Source of the DNA: Tubulanus polymorphus
Lineage: Eukaryota; Animalia; Nemertea
NCBI RefSeq assembly: GCF_964204645.1
Contig: NC_134029.1
Coordinates: 21,632,950 to 21,696,949 of the forward strand
Direction: 5' to 3'
Length of the DNA: 64,000 bases
Within the stretch, counting starts at the first letter, position 1; every line of letters starts with the position of its first letter. The translations under genes and the position numbers were made by a program. Shown here piece after piece: positions 39,601 to 54,600 of this stretch. The notes below the pieces were generated by a model. The model saw only the letters and a program-made list of their open reading frames with translations, did no database searches and was not told the origin of the DNA.

Positions 39601-42600
39601 CAAGTATATAACAATAGATTCCACCGCTAGACCAATTAAAAACACTAGTTACTCGAACACATTATGAACCTATGAAATTACAATATGGGCATGATACACT
39701 GATGTGTCGATGTCTCTAGTCGAGGTATCGCACTCTGTACATGAGTGAAATTCATTATAAGAACTGATTATATCCTTCAAAAAATCTCCCGATAGCAGCA
39801 AATCTTCTCGTCTCTACATCCCATTACGTAGGTCGATCACAGCGATGTCTGAATTCTGGGGAGACTGATTGAAAAATGGCCCCATTATACGTAGATAAAC
39901 AAACAGAATGGGAGGATGTTAGAGCTGTCGCAACAGAATGGAGGATGCTAGAGCTGTCACTAATGGACTGTAGTTAAGCCTGTTTAATTGCGCCGGTCAA
40001 TATTTCTGATCCAAACGCCCGACTTAAAACTAATGGCCGGTTCTGTATTTAGATAGATTCCGTGTCTTCAATCCGGATATTCTATCAATAGCCGGTTGAT
40101 AATATCAGTATCTACCTGCAGTATACGTGTCCTCGTAACAATCTCATATTTATTTAAGCGTCGATTCCGTTCTCGAAATAGATCGCGGATTGTGCGCTGT
40201 TTTTTTTTTCCCCGCGTGTCTCTCTTACCCGATAGCTGCGACGGACAACCGAGCGAAGACGATGGCGCCGTATTAATATTTCAGACGTTACGCGAGATGC
40301 GTGAGCAATTATCTTCTTTTTTTTTCTTCTCAAGAATCATAGTCGTTATACTATATCGACCGATAATGCGCGCGCGCGCGGGCAGACGGAGCGAGCGCCG
40401 ATCCCCAATCCGGTAGATACGAACAGCGAGATCGCGAAAAGGTCATGTTTTACTTCATCGCCGATGTTTTACTTCGTCGTCTTCGTCTTCGTCATCAACG
40501 ATATAAACATTTCGGAAACTTCATTAATAACGCAGGATTTCGACGTCGTTCGCTTCTAATCGAGGATTAAATCGCTGTGCAAACTGTTTGATCGTCTATC
40601 ACTGGCTACCCGTAAGATGTTCGGTTTTTCTCGTGCGACGCCCGCCGGGAGGGTACGACTCCTCTTTCCGTAAACCGGCAACCACAACGACGACGACGAC
40701 GACGAGTTGTGTTTGAGAATCAAACGATTATTGTTACGATATTATGGGAATAAAGCCGCGTGTGTCACTACTACGTTACGTAGCGGTTCGGTCGTCTCAT
40801 CCGCTGCTATGCCGGATTATCAGTTCACATTCGAAGCCTCTACCGTATGGATTATCGTAATCAAATTCTATGGATTATCTTCGTGAACGCTTATAACCAA
40901 CATTCAAGGCGTCCGTGAAATCTACGCCGCTCGTACTTCCAGTGTGGAATATGATTTGATGATTATGTATTAGCCTGTTATTATTATTAGCCAGTTTAGT
41001 TTGTTTGGTCTAATAATCGTAAGTGTATTGATATTTGCGTTACGTTTCGTTGCCGTGTGATGGCTGGTTAATAATCGGCTAGCTAGCTGGCGGCTTGTTT
41101 TTTCTAAACGTACATTGTTTGACAGTAAGTTTGTGCGGGATTCCATATTGCGGATGAAAAGATATCGCGAATCCCACCACCGGGGGGGGGGGGGGGTGGG
41201 GGGCCCTGGCATTTCTTATTAGATTACTCGCTACGATATTGCCGCGTGTGTTTACTCAAGACATCTTTGGTCAGGTTTATGGAATTAGCGAAATCTTCTT
41301 AGTGACCTGGAGCAGTGGCGCGAGGGGACAAACGGGGAACAGTGTTTGTTCAATGACGGCGTCTTCAACTCAATCAGTCGCGTGAACACCGATGTATACA
41401 TGGTTATGTCACTTCCAACGTGTGGATCCAGGAATTTAGAATAGGGTTGCCCAAAACTTCCTAGGCCTCCCTGTTTACATGTTCATCGTACGTGACCTTT
41501 AAGGAGAAAATTGGATCATTTTCTGAGCATCTGAGATTCCAATACAAAATCACGAGCAATCATTTGCCACTGTTCGTATTACTTTATTAACCCTTTCAGT
41601 GATGACTTCAGCGCACCCCATAGTGCTGGAGATAATTTGAAAATGTTGAATGATTCCACCCTAGTATGTTGAACAACGGGAATACCACTATAGTGTCTAC
41701 CCCGTAGTGCGGTGTATCGTTAGTTACTAGTATTTCACTACGTTTGACAGGTGCTGCCATCTTTCAAGAGAGATAATTACTAATTACTAATTACATCAAT
41801 ACACCATAGTGCGAAGTACTAGCAAAATCCATCACTGATTTATACACCGCACTGCGGTGTAGATGAAAAGGAAAGGTTTAAGCCAGGTTGGAAATGTTAT
41901 CTTGGCGAAAAATAGGGGGCCCATCGCCCATGCTGTTCTCCAGATATTCTATCATAATTGAACAGGAGCTGTTTTCACAGTCTGTGATTCTGGGAAGGGG
42001 GGAAGGGGGCTGATAGAAGTCAGACCTATGAATATGATAGTGGCTATTATGACCTGCTGTAACATGTATGTTTCAGCATGCCTTGCGTAACTTAGAGATA
42101 CGACCCTTTTGTACGTTGACACTTTCTTGTCAGGTGTAGACGGAATATTTTAACGGATTTTCGCTAAATAATTCATTTGAGCATTATTCAATTTTGTGTC
42201 ATTGATTTTATGACGGATCGGGTACGTGTCTTAGGTTATATGTGATACTATTCACGTCGTTTATTGTCGTATTGTGGCGGCTTACGTAAAATTGAGTATA
42301 CAGTGAACACAATCTAAGATGTTGAAATAGAAATCGTGTTCCAGAATGAAAATCTAAGCACGGCAAATATTCAAGAATTCTATTCGTCAAATATTCAAGA
42401 ATTCTATTCGTCAAATATTCAAGAATTCTATTCGTCAAATATTCAAGAATTCTATTCGTCAAATATTCAAGAATTCTATTCGTTCGCTTAAAACGACACA
42501 ATTAAAGACGTAGATATCTTATTATGGAAAGAAAAACAGTTTTTGATGAGTATGGTTGAGGTAAGAGAGAACTATACTAAGATAGGTAGCTGTGTCACAC

Positions 42601-45600
42601 TGCTTTGAGAGAGGTGCTGTGGCTGATTGGTAACAAGCCATTGGTCACTTTTCTCATCAATCCTATAGTGTTGACAAAGAGTTCCTTGGTTTCTCCCCGT
42701 AAAAGGTGAAACAGAGACATCGAATGGTTGAGACTTGACGAATATAATTGAGAGAAACCCACAATACCATTTTCAATAAAACTCTGAAGATGGTAGGGAG
42801 GATTTCGTTTGAAATCTAAGAAAAAAAAACAATAATAATTGTTTAAATCGATATTGTGGGTTTTTCTCAGTAGGTCGAGCGATCGTACCGATATCGAAGT
42901 CTATTTTTAGAAATATCTTCTTTATTTCGACAGCATGAGTTTGAGCAGTTTAGACAGCAACGACGAATCATCGACGTCCTCTTCATCGAGCGACGAGGAG
43001 GAGGAGGAGGAAGATGAACAGTATCACGACGCGTCGGAATCGCAACCGTCGCAAAGTCAACAACAAACTCCTCCTCCTGTCGGTCGCAGTTACAACGCAT
43101 CTCAGCACGACTCGAGTCTATCATCCATCAGTATTGGAACTCCTAAAGGTATCGTATACGACAACTACCGTTAATGGCCCCACGAAAAAAAAAAACGTTT
43201 CAATCCGTATTCGGTCTTCAATCGAAGAATACCCACACAATCGAAACGAGAAACATCAAAGATGAATTTTAATAATGTTTTCCACGAGAATCGTTCGTGA
43301 AAACTTCAACGATTCGCGACACGAATACACAATAACGCTTTGAAATACAATCTCTTCATTTCAATTAGATTTCCTCTGTCCAAATGGTTCCAGAAATTAT
43401 GCAGCGATACTATTCAAGGGGAACATTTGCTAAATATAGAACTTGTTAAATTCATTTCAAAGTTTCTGGCTACAGAAAGAAATAGTAATCGATGACATTT
43501 TTTGTGTGGAATAAAAACGCGATTGATAAATAAGATACAGAGAATCTGGCATTAAAAGTGACTGACAGTTACACAACTGTGTGCCTGCTTGCCTGCAGTT
43601 CTACGCTAGAATCGAAACTCGCGAGAATATTGAAATGTTGATTTTTTCCGAAAGGAAATTGTAACTTGTCAAACTGTGACAAGCGTGTCTTTTGTGGCCG
43701 GTTTAGAAATGAATCGCTTCGGGATTATATGAAACTAGCGATGAAGCCAGTTGGATAGACTTGAAAAATGAAAATGGCCTAAATCTAAATACTGGTCTTA
43801 AATTGTTGACTGTGGCACTGACCTTTTTATTTAACTTTATCTCTTAATAATCAATACTCATCATTAATTGAGACGTTAAATTCCGAATTTAAACTTCTAG
43901 CAGATAGTTTTTTCATTTGTTAGTGAGATTCTGATATTATATCAACTCAATTATTATATGAATATCGAATAAACTCTCAGGTGTGATTGAAATTAGTAAC
44001 TAATCTATCGGATGTTGTATTGTCTATTTACAGCTAATAGTACACCATCAGATAGTGATAAAGGGGTTCGTAGTAACATCAGCAGTATGAATAGCAGCGC
44101 TACCGGTCGATCGCTAACTGATGTTAGATTCGATTCTTCTATCGAACAATCTGAGGTAAATCGTGCTCAAATCTGCTACACGAGAAATGCTATGTATGCA
44201 TTGGACGACTGACTACAATTCGGACAAATCAATTCAATGGGGTTTGATACCCAAAGGCTGAAAGCTGAAGGAATCATAAAAGATTGAAAGAAATTACCAA
44301 TTTTCAACCCATAATTCTAAACATGTACAATACAAAATATATATAATTTAGTAACCTAACAGGATGATTAATGCAGAAAACCTGATATCGCTGCTTTGCA
44401 GCTATGTTTATGAAGTGATTATTCAGCTTCTGGGAAAGTGTCATAACACTTATTAATCTAATTGATAATATCGAATATTTTGGCATTGATTACAAATTTT
44501 GCTTCCATTACTGCATCGGTCAGACGTGTTTTATGATATGATAACACTCGGTTGAGTATATGCTCAGTATTTGAGTGCGCAGTTTGAAACACTATCTCAA
44601 AATCCTCGGGGAATTTTCCCGTCCATTTATGATAAATTCTTGGTACTTAAACTAAAAAAAGACACGCGATAGATCATAAATCTTCGTGCGCATTAAACTT
44701 AACTTTGAGTTCCGAGAAAAATTGCAACAAGTATATTTGACTGCAACAAGTGTTTGAAGACTGGCATCGTTTTACTTTTTACTTTCAGTCAATTCAGCCA
44801 TCAAACGCTATTCCGCTGTCATTAATGCAGTATCGATCGCCTTCACCAGATATCAGTCAAACTAGTAGTAAAACTAATGATTTATTAGTATTGCCACAGA
44901 ATTTAACCAAGTCCATCTCAACGCCTTCCATCCTTACAGAAAAGCAGACAAACCAAGATAGTAAGTACCCAGAAATTATCGACGGAATTATCGACGAATC
45001 TAGCCTGCAGGTAGATTGGTTGACCCCTGGGCCCGGTTTTATAGACTGGTATTACCTTAAACCAGGGGGCTACTAACTAAATTGATAGCTCTATTGAGTT
45101 AACCCCCGGGGTTAAAAGTAATACCAGTTTCTAAAACCGGCCCCTGGGTTCAAGTTAATACTAGTCTATAAAACCAGTCCCAGGGTCTTGTTCAACTAAA
45201 TGCACTTTTATCTGTGCACTGAAACGTTTGTATGGTTGACATTTTCCTTCGCCTCGAATCATTAGAAATGTATGGGACGAAACCTGAGGTGCGGCCGTGA
45301 GAATGTCTAGTTTTCATTCTGATAACGCGAGGCTCATCGCGGTTTTATCGATGCTCAGTTTTCCCAGGATACAGATAAGACGTATAGCACCGAATGGAAG
45401 GACGAGCCATTAAATAATACAATTACCAGGTTAACTTCGATGTTTTACACGTACACTGTGTTAGAATACGATTAAAAGTACCGTACTCGTATTTAAAAGA
45501 TTATTTTTGAAATTCGACGTATTCTTCAGACTCGTAGCGCATAAAGTTTCTCTAGCTGACAGACGTACGGTTTGTTCCCACCGATTTGAATGAAACGTCG

Positions 45601-48600
45601 AAAAAAGCCCTCGCAGATCGAAGGCCGATAGACGAAGAAATAGTATTGAAATACGCAAAATTCCGAAATCTGTAACAAAAGTGCCTGCTACCGGTTATCC
45701 CTGGGAGAGAGGGGAATTATTATTTGATCTGCTATAAATTCGATCATCTGCTAATAAAAATTCCGCTAGCATGTCTAAATTCATGCTCACCTGCCGAGAG
45801 CTGGTGAGTTAAATATAACTATCATGTTAAGAGATCGGTTTACGAAGGGCAGGACCTTGATGGTGCGGCGTACACAGGTGGTTTGATCGGTTTATCTCGA
45901 AACCGTGTGCTACCGAGAACCGATGATCTGCCGATATACGTTTTAATCATCGGCAACCCGGGATTTCGATCAAAAATTTTCATACGTGCGTTCGCTCACG
46001 CACGGACTTCGATTTCGCTCTCTGTCGTGAAGATGTGAAGAAAAGAAAAAAAATAACAACGCAGATTTCATGTCAGTTGATTGGGTGGTGAATTTCGCTT
46101 TATTCAAAATTTGGATAATAATCTTTCGGACTTTCTGCTATTTCGTACGGAAGTTAGTTGCTGAATTTTTGTTCACTTGCTGCTTTTTAGCATCGCCGAC
46201 ATCTTGGAGACGGGATGTACAAAAATCATTCGCGATGTGCATAGGTAAAAAAAAGTGTTCATTTCTACGTTTACATCATCATAGTTTGTGAAATAGTAGG
46301 GAGAAAAAACCACTCAAAGTTGTCATCGGCGTTTTTAATCAGTTTTAACAAGCATCGATTGGTCAACTGAATTAGACTCATTCTCTGCGGATTGCAGATG
46401 AAATTTATGCCTTTTTTAACGCCACGTAATGTTATGATTTACGATGTAGACACGACTGAGATCTCTCGGATAATGGTTGCAGAAACTTTGAGTGGTTTTA
46501 ATTTGGTAAATTGCTTTTCCCAGCAATGATTGATATCCTTATTTTTCGTTTAGACTAGCAATTAGTGACAGTACGGGATAGAATTTGAAAAATTCATTTT
46601 TCGTAGTGTAATTGTGAGAATTTCCTAAATGTTTTTTTTCTTTTTTTTAAATACATTTCGTCTCTCATTCAATGCATGTTTTTCATTTTCAACCCGAGCA
46701 AGCAATTGATCATAATATACAGTCTGATAAGTCAAGTAATAGCAAAGCAGACTTTTTGAACTATGAACGTCAATTAGTATTTGCTGATGATGTTTTTTCA
46801 TTCGTCTAATGACCATACATTGCAAAAGGATTTTCGATATTTGTATCTGTATGAATATTCTTATCCCACATAGTTGTTTTATTGGCGAGTGTAAGAAATC
46901 TCCGATAAAAAATCGCGGAATCGAAGATTTTCATCCGCGTAGATAGGTAATAGCCACTAAAGGGTTAAACGCTGGAAATATTCATTATTACGCGCGAGAA
47001 TGAAAATTCCAATCATACAAAAAATTTCCCATCCATTCGCGCATCGCGTTGGAGGAAGAGAAGTTTTTGGTTGATGATATATGGAAAAAGTCGACGTATA
47101 CATTCTAAAGCGTCAGCCGAACGAGAGCTAGATATCCCAATAGATCCGTAATGAACCGTCGATCTAGTGCAGAATACTTGCATTTTATTAGTAACTAGAG
47201 AATATCACCAGCGTGTCTCGACTGAGAAACTCTATCCCATATTCAGCTTCGTTCAATGAAAATATTTCCCCGATCATTCGACACCGTGCGCCGAAAATAT
47301 ATCCGGGGTTTTATTTATGACGATGTCCTGCGCCGTATTGACAGTCACTGTGTCGGCTATGTGATATGAATATATTGAATATATCAACGAAATAATCATA
47401 TAAAATAACGTGAAATACACGACGATTTGAGAACTATTCGATATTCGTCGGTATATCCGGTAATGTATCTACGGCAATTTAGACTGCGTTCTCCGGAAAG
47501 GTTACGTTCGTGGCAAACGAATATTTGGAAAAAAAATATTAGCCTTAAAAAGAGGACACGTATTGATTTTTAGATAAATGGCTCGAAGATAAGCCCTACC
47601 CTAGGTATATAGATATAAATCTAAATCTATATATATCGGGGTATATATTCTGAAAAGCGTTGTAGTGTAAGAGCAGTGTATAAGTAATGTTTGAAAAAAA
47701 ATCATACAGCCAATAGATGAAATAACGCGTGAGCTTATGATTAGTTATTTAAAGACGCTGTAATCAAAGTGTATTGTATTATTTTCAGCTGATGAGCGTC
47801 ACATAACATCGTCATCATCAATAACTACCGGATCAACGACGTCGGGACAAATTAAATCGTAAGTGTGGCCACCACTCCCCCCACCCCCACCCCCCCTGGG
47901 ATTAGTTTAGTGTCGGTTCATCAGCCGTTGATTTTAAGTGATCGGGTCTCGCAATTAACCGATGTTTGTGACTCGTGTAATAATGTAGCCAAGGTTGTTA
48001 GACGAATCACGGTTCCTGAAATCAAGTATGATAATTTCTGTTCGACAGGTCAATACATGGCAATCAGAAACCTGAACATCACACACACAGGTCAGTGGTC
48101 AGTTATAGTCTTGTAGTATATAGTATTGTATCTCTTTATTTATCAGATTTCTTCCTCGAACTCATTCTTTATTATCTAATTTCGTGAAGTGTTGTTTAGT
48201 ATTTCGTGTTTTTCTCTAACTCAGTAACCGGTCGGAAAGAGAAGTTTTACCAGCTGAAAGGAAAACTAGTCCTTCCCGTGATATATACGAGTAAGTAGAG
48301 ATCGATAGAGAAATCTTAATGAAAAGTAGAATCTCGGGCTTAGAATATAGCATCTGAGGGGCCGGTTCCATAGTCAGGGCTTAGACTTAAGACCATTCTA
48401 AGACCAACTTAGTTCTATAGCCAATCTAACGGCTGAAGACCAGTCTCAAGATTTAAGACCACTTTTGGTCTTGAGAGTCTTGACTATGGAACCAGCCCCT
48501 GGTTCCACAGTTTGTGTTGAGTTTCATTCTAGATTTAAGATCAGTTCATTTCTTAATGTTTAAACCCTAAGAACCGTGCAATCATCGTTATTACCATTCA

Positions 48601-51600
48601 CATCCATCACCTCAAGGCTCCTTCGTGGTCGCCTACAAGATTCTGTAGAAATTTTCGTATTAGAATCTTTTTCTATTATATTGAATCAAGGAGATATTAA
48701 AATTGTATAATTTTTACTGTAACTGTTCACTAATATTTGTGATATTACCAGTAGAACTTGGCATCTTCAGACTATTGTCCGTGATTGATCTCTACGATCT
48801 CACTTGATTGGTGTGGAGGTGTCTCTTCTATTACACGAAAAAAAGTAATAATACTAAAATGTTGTTCATTTCAAAAATGACGGTTAGAATATCCGTGTAG
48901 CACATTTTCACAGTGAACACAGCTGTCCACATTCACTGACGACAACCTGTATGGTGCATAATACTAGACACATATCGAGTACATAAGCGAAGTCAATATT
49001 ATAATTTGAATAAATTCTCATCGATTTTAACTACGAAACAATGAAATCAACCGGTTCTAATTCGTCGAGCCACAAGAGCTTTCGTCGGCACGGATTTCAG
49101 GAGTGCGCTGAACAATAATAATGCGGTGAATGTTTTCGTGTTCGTCGAAAACACACGTACTCCGGTGGAAACACCAATCAGTTTAATGTACGCCGTTGAA
49201 CAATGCAACTGATTTTACTAATGGCTAATGTCTTATCATTTATTTGTCTTTTTCAGCACTTCGAATTACGAAGAAGATGAATTCGCAGCAACAAAGAAAG
49301 AGATTAAGAAAGAACGCCGACGATCTAGTGTATTTAGTCTGAGTCAAAAGTTCGGCAGCTACCGGCAAAAAAAGGTATCGTCTTTGACGTTCTGATTATT
49401 ATTATTTTCATCGAGTCATTTGATCGCAGACTTGAATCACATGAGATTATGTAAATGACGAAAATCATGCGTTAGTATTATAATTACCACGATACCCTTT
49501 CCTATGGTTTTGTGATAAGATTTTGGATTGATCGCCAATTATTTTTCTATATGACCCCTCAGGAGTGCATCATGTAATCCGAAGCCGATGTCCACCATCT
49601 TTTCTCTCGCGTTCTGCTATAAACGCATAGAATACATCGCTTATACTTGTCTTTGGGATTTAGGAAAATGCGAGAGACTTTAATGCGTTAGTTTTTAATC
49701 AGACTGAAGATGGTAGTTAAATCACTGGTTGAAACGCTTCGAAATTTTACGTACTGATAATTGTTATGAATATGAAATAAATAAGCACTTATGTAAGAAA
49801 TCGACTAGAATCGGGGCTTATCGATGAAGTCTAGATTTGCGAACATCAAATATGAAGTGTTTACCAATAATCAATAATCTGTCGATTGGTTGTGTTTGAA
49901 TAAGTTGAACCTTCAGTAACGTCGCCCCCTGTACGCAAATCACCCCTCAACCTCTCTCAAATCCCAATCTTAATTTTACAGATTAAAGAAAAAGAGAATC
50001 GTCGAAATACGCATCAATTTGTTAGCGTATCGTTTAGTAACAGTACAAACTGCGATGTCTGCAGTAAATCAATGGCTAACAAGTCTGCTCTTCGATGTGC
50101 AAGTAAGCTACCATATATACACCCCTCTCTCCATTCCTATCTTCACTGTTCAATGTAGTCAAACTTCACAGACCTTCATTAGCTACACCGTAACTAAATC
50201 GTTTTAAGAGTTCATGATGATGTAAAAATTTGCATTGAATTACGAGAGTAATATTTAAGTCCTACAATCACGAAGCCGAAAAACTTAGAATATCGAAATG
50301 TTGAAATTTATTGAAAATCCGTATTTTCGGTTTTCCACTTAAGAAACATTTTCAAGGAATGACGATGAGGATGACGTTAACGATGATGATGGTTTTATCA
50401 TTACTTTAAGTTAACTATCGTACTTTTCTTTATTTGGCACTTTGAGGTTTGACTACACAATTCGATATTTTCTTCAATTTCATGAAATAATATTTTTACA
50501 AATCAGTTACAACTTAACTTTCTTTATACAGTTATAATCTATTATCGAAGGATAATTATCTTTCTTTTACAATTATGTTATTTAATATCGTTCATTATGG
50601 TTTGGTATCGGTTACCCGTATCTAGACTAGTGAGTCAGGTCAGTTCGGTCAGAGTTTGGACTGTCATCAAGTTCAGATTAATCAATCGCATGAAGCACCG
50701 GTAAATGCAGTATTGAATCGTATAATTTTACCGAACCTCACCATGATTAGAATGTGTAAATTATGCGTTACTGATACCAGCCTTATTGCTAAGTTAATGA
50801 TTAATCTTTATGAAAGTCTTAATTTCTTCATCTTACATGATTATAGTATGACCTATCTTTAATTGATAGCCGGATCAGAAGCGGTGCTTGTTCGAGACGA
50901 GATCCACCCTTAGCCGCGCGGGGTATAATTGTCTCGAGCATGCACCGAGCTGCTGCTGATCGTGATGTTTACGACTAGTTTGTGCGTTGATTTTCAGATT
51001 GTCTGGTTAACGTTCATGAGAGTTCTTGTAAAGACCAGATCGCTCCGTGTACGAAGTTCCGACACGCCAGTCACCACCATCACCACCATAATAAAACTGT
51101 ACTACGACAATCGCATACGCCTTCGTGTAAGATCCCTCGGTATTCTACTGGCTCATTGCCCGGTAAGGGTGTCTAAAACACCGAAATTAACACGCGTGCA
51201 TGGATGAACAGAGTACTCGCATGCCAGAGGTTAACGGTGCCACCCTTCACTATAACAATATGTGTACTACGTGTGTACGTGGACCTGGAAAATGAAGAGT
51301 CCACTTTCTTTACATATTCAGCTATTAAATGAAACTATTTATATTGGAGATATGAAATACCTTCGATAGTTGAATATGTTTAGAAGTTATATGCGTACAC
51401 AGTATATATGTAGACGTTTGGAATCACTTGTCTTTTCTTGACTATGCTAAACAAATTTCTTAGAAAATCCACTTAGTGGATTTTACTACTAACGGTGCAA
51501 GCAGGTACAGTATCAGCTGTAGAGTATAGACGATTAGTATTAGCTTGAACCTTAATAGAAATACTATAAAAACTGATGATGCAGCACGAATTTCACTTCT

Positions 51601-54600
51601 CTAACGGAGTATAGAATATATATATATGATCTAATTTCACATGAATGTTGTCATATTCACATTTTACTATACAATGTACTCGAGCAAACATTATATTTCA
51701 CTGGATGAATAGATTCATGTAATTCAGACAATATGGTGATAAGCATTCAGATATTGAAATTGTCGGGTGTCCTGAATTAGACATTTCTGAGAAAAGACTC
51801 GTTGAAAGTTCACATTTCTAATGTTTCAGCTCCAATGATAAGTGGTGGCTTGAAAACAACGCAATCAATGAAAGAAAAGAAAAGTTCATCTGCTCCAATC
51901 AGAAACTCGGTAGGCCTATGTCGTGATTTTTCAATTTAGTGAGATTTGCGGATGGAATAGGGTATTTATGGTGTTATCTTTGTGTGCTTTCTAGGTTGCA
52001 TATTCGTCTAGTCCAACTCAGAGAAAAGAATCACCACCCAGGTAAAATTTGCATTGTCTTGTTACTAGTGGGGGCAGTTTCAGGAAAAGGAAATTTATTG
52101 TTGGTATGGTCATGGACTCTGAAACAATACGTCCGTTTTAGAGTGCATGGTATGATCAACTGATTTGAAAGCGTTTGCCATTAGATTAGTTTGGCGTTTG
52201 TAGTTTCTCGATGTCTCTATAAAAAATACGGTGAATAAACCTCGGACCTTTTTAGATATATTCGCTATGAAGAATGATGAAATGCATCTTTGTATTGTAT
52301 ATAACAACAGGGTGGCCACTGCCCGGAAATCAGGGAAATCAGAGAAAAGTCGGGGAATTTTGTAAAAGAAAGAGCTAAAAATCAGGGTGTGATTTATTGA
52401 GATTGTTAAGAGATGTGCATAAAATCAAACAGTTTCTGACATATTTGACTGCGTTAATGGATTGAATTCTTAGCAGATCAAGTCAGGGAAAACAACGTGC
52501 ATGTCAGGGAAGAGTCAGGAAAGTCAAATAAAAGTGGCCACCCTGAACGACCTCGAAGAGGTAAATAAGTCGTGTATAAAGTGGAGAAATTAAATGAGTT
52601 TATTCTATTATACGTGCATTCACACAGTAATGCAGACCGTACTGGTAACGGAGGTGGAAGTTACGGACACTTCCAGTGGCGCCGCGTTGCGACTAAACTC
52701 GGCATCGAGTAAGTGAAATATTTTGACGGTTAAATACACCCCTGGCTGCATGTGAACTAACATCTTTTTTTTCGTCGTACGCGTGTGGTATGGTAGTAGA
52801 CAGTGGCTTGGTGTAGATTTCACGGGACAGGGATTCACCACGATGACCTGGTGAATCGCTGTATTTCGTCGTATTGTTTATATAGTTTTTGTTGTAGATC
52901 GCTCATATACGGTACACGTGTTGAACATCTCTAAGTGTCAACGGATAGATCTTTCATGTGAACCAAGATTTCGGGCTACGCCGGAAAATTCTTATTCTTT
53001 TAACCAATCCTGTTTTGTTTTCTAGCTGTCGTCCAGTAATTCGCTGACTTTCAGGCTGCGAACTGTTAAATATGAGCTGAATACACCATCATAATCGGCG
53101 TCTTTTAAAGTTTCATTTGTGGTAATTTGGATCAGACCACTGATTACGTAATTACTGAGGCTAATTAATCGCTGAATTTGGTCTTTCCCCTTTTTTCATT
53201 TTGGCAGTTTCGACGCGAGTGCATATTTGACGGTTCATTAGAAAGCAGCAAATTTTCTATCAGTGAAACTTATATTAGTGAGCATACATGTTTCTATGTG
53301 TTAGAATTTAGACGGTTTATTTCTTTATAATTTCCTGGTACTTGCTAATCCCCTATGGTTTAATTATAACTTGTAATGTATTCGCACTTTCAGTTATTAC
53401 GGAATTATTGTTAAACGCACTTTTATAATGTTATTAATTCTTTTTAGGTAATCTAAATCATCATCACAATTATGAGTCAACAAGCACCTTATATCAGTTC
53501 ATTGTTATCATTTTAGTCCGTTTCATAGAACAGTTTTTTTTCCATTATCTATATATTAATACGAACCTTTGTACCACATAGTGTCGCTGTGGAGAAGAAT
53601 TGGGCCTCGAAATTTGGTGTGGTAGTCAATCATTGTATAAACTAATGCAACGGCTATAAATGGGTATGACAATATTTATATATAGGGGGCCAAATAGAGG
53701 CAGACAAAATTTCAGCAAATTAGTGAGTAGGAATTCTAATTAGAGACCCTCATTGCATCACAACAATTTTACAGCGCCGTACTACTCATGCAGTCACTAT
53801 GGCCCAAGTAGAGCACCAGATTTGCACCTAATGGTGATCAGAAGTTCGAGTCTCGTGCTTCGTACATATTTTGTTCGCCTCCAATAGTTCCTTCTCTCTG
53901 CGGGTATAGGTTATCAAAGTTCATATTGTCATAAATTCTAAATGGTCCGACTAGATTACATTGCCAATAAATCGAACAGTTTGAAGTTCTGGGCGTAGAG
54001 TTCTTGATTATTATAACTAGCCGAAGATTGACAGCAAATAAGAAATCCTTGATACCTTGATACAGTCCTTCCTATATGTCATTATATGTCTATCATGTTT
54101 ATAATCACAAGGAATACAATCTATTTCTGAAGGTTTTACAAGGTCCTTGCGATGTAAATCAACCAGGATAAGCGCGTGCAATTTTAGATCATATACCGCT
54201 ACGTACATTTTAAGTCCTGTAAATGCTAAATAATTTCTTTCTTTTTATAGCAAAGTAATTAATGAAGAAAACGAAGAAAGTAAAGATATCTCCGATGGAA
54301 ATAACGCAAAGTTAGTCGACTATTTATTAGTTTCTGATTCGTTTGCCAGAAAGAAAAATCATAGAGGCGTATTTCCGAGGAAGAAAGATGATTAATCTGA
54401 ATGTATTTTACGCGTTTCAGTATAACGAATAGTTTGTCAGCGTCGGTTGAATCGTTAGAAGATGTTGTCGAGGAATTTGTTGATTTCGAAGACGAGGAAG
54501 ACCTCGCGCTCAACGCACCTGAACCGGAGGCTTGGAGTATTACAGTCGATAAAAAGGTTTGTAATTAACGATGTTACGGAACTAATTACAGTATTGCAGT

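Noticed and set aside
42208-42501. ORF with TNRILEYL repeats
   Set aside because: Artefact of the 24-bp tandem repeat on the antisense strand.
44961-45076. Extension of exon 44789 to the CAG|gtagat donor or to the ORF stop
   Set aside because: The gtaagt donor at 44961 is stronger and phase-compatible, and the downstream ORF runs into a MITE.
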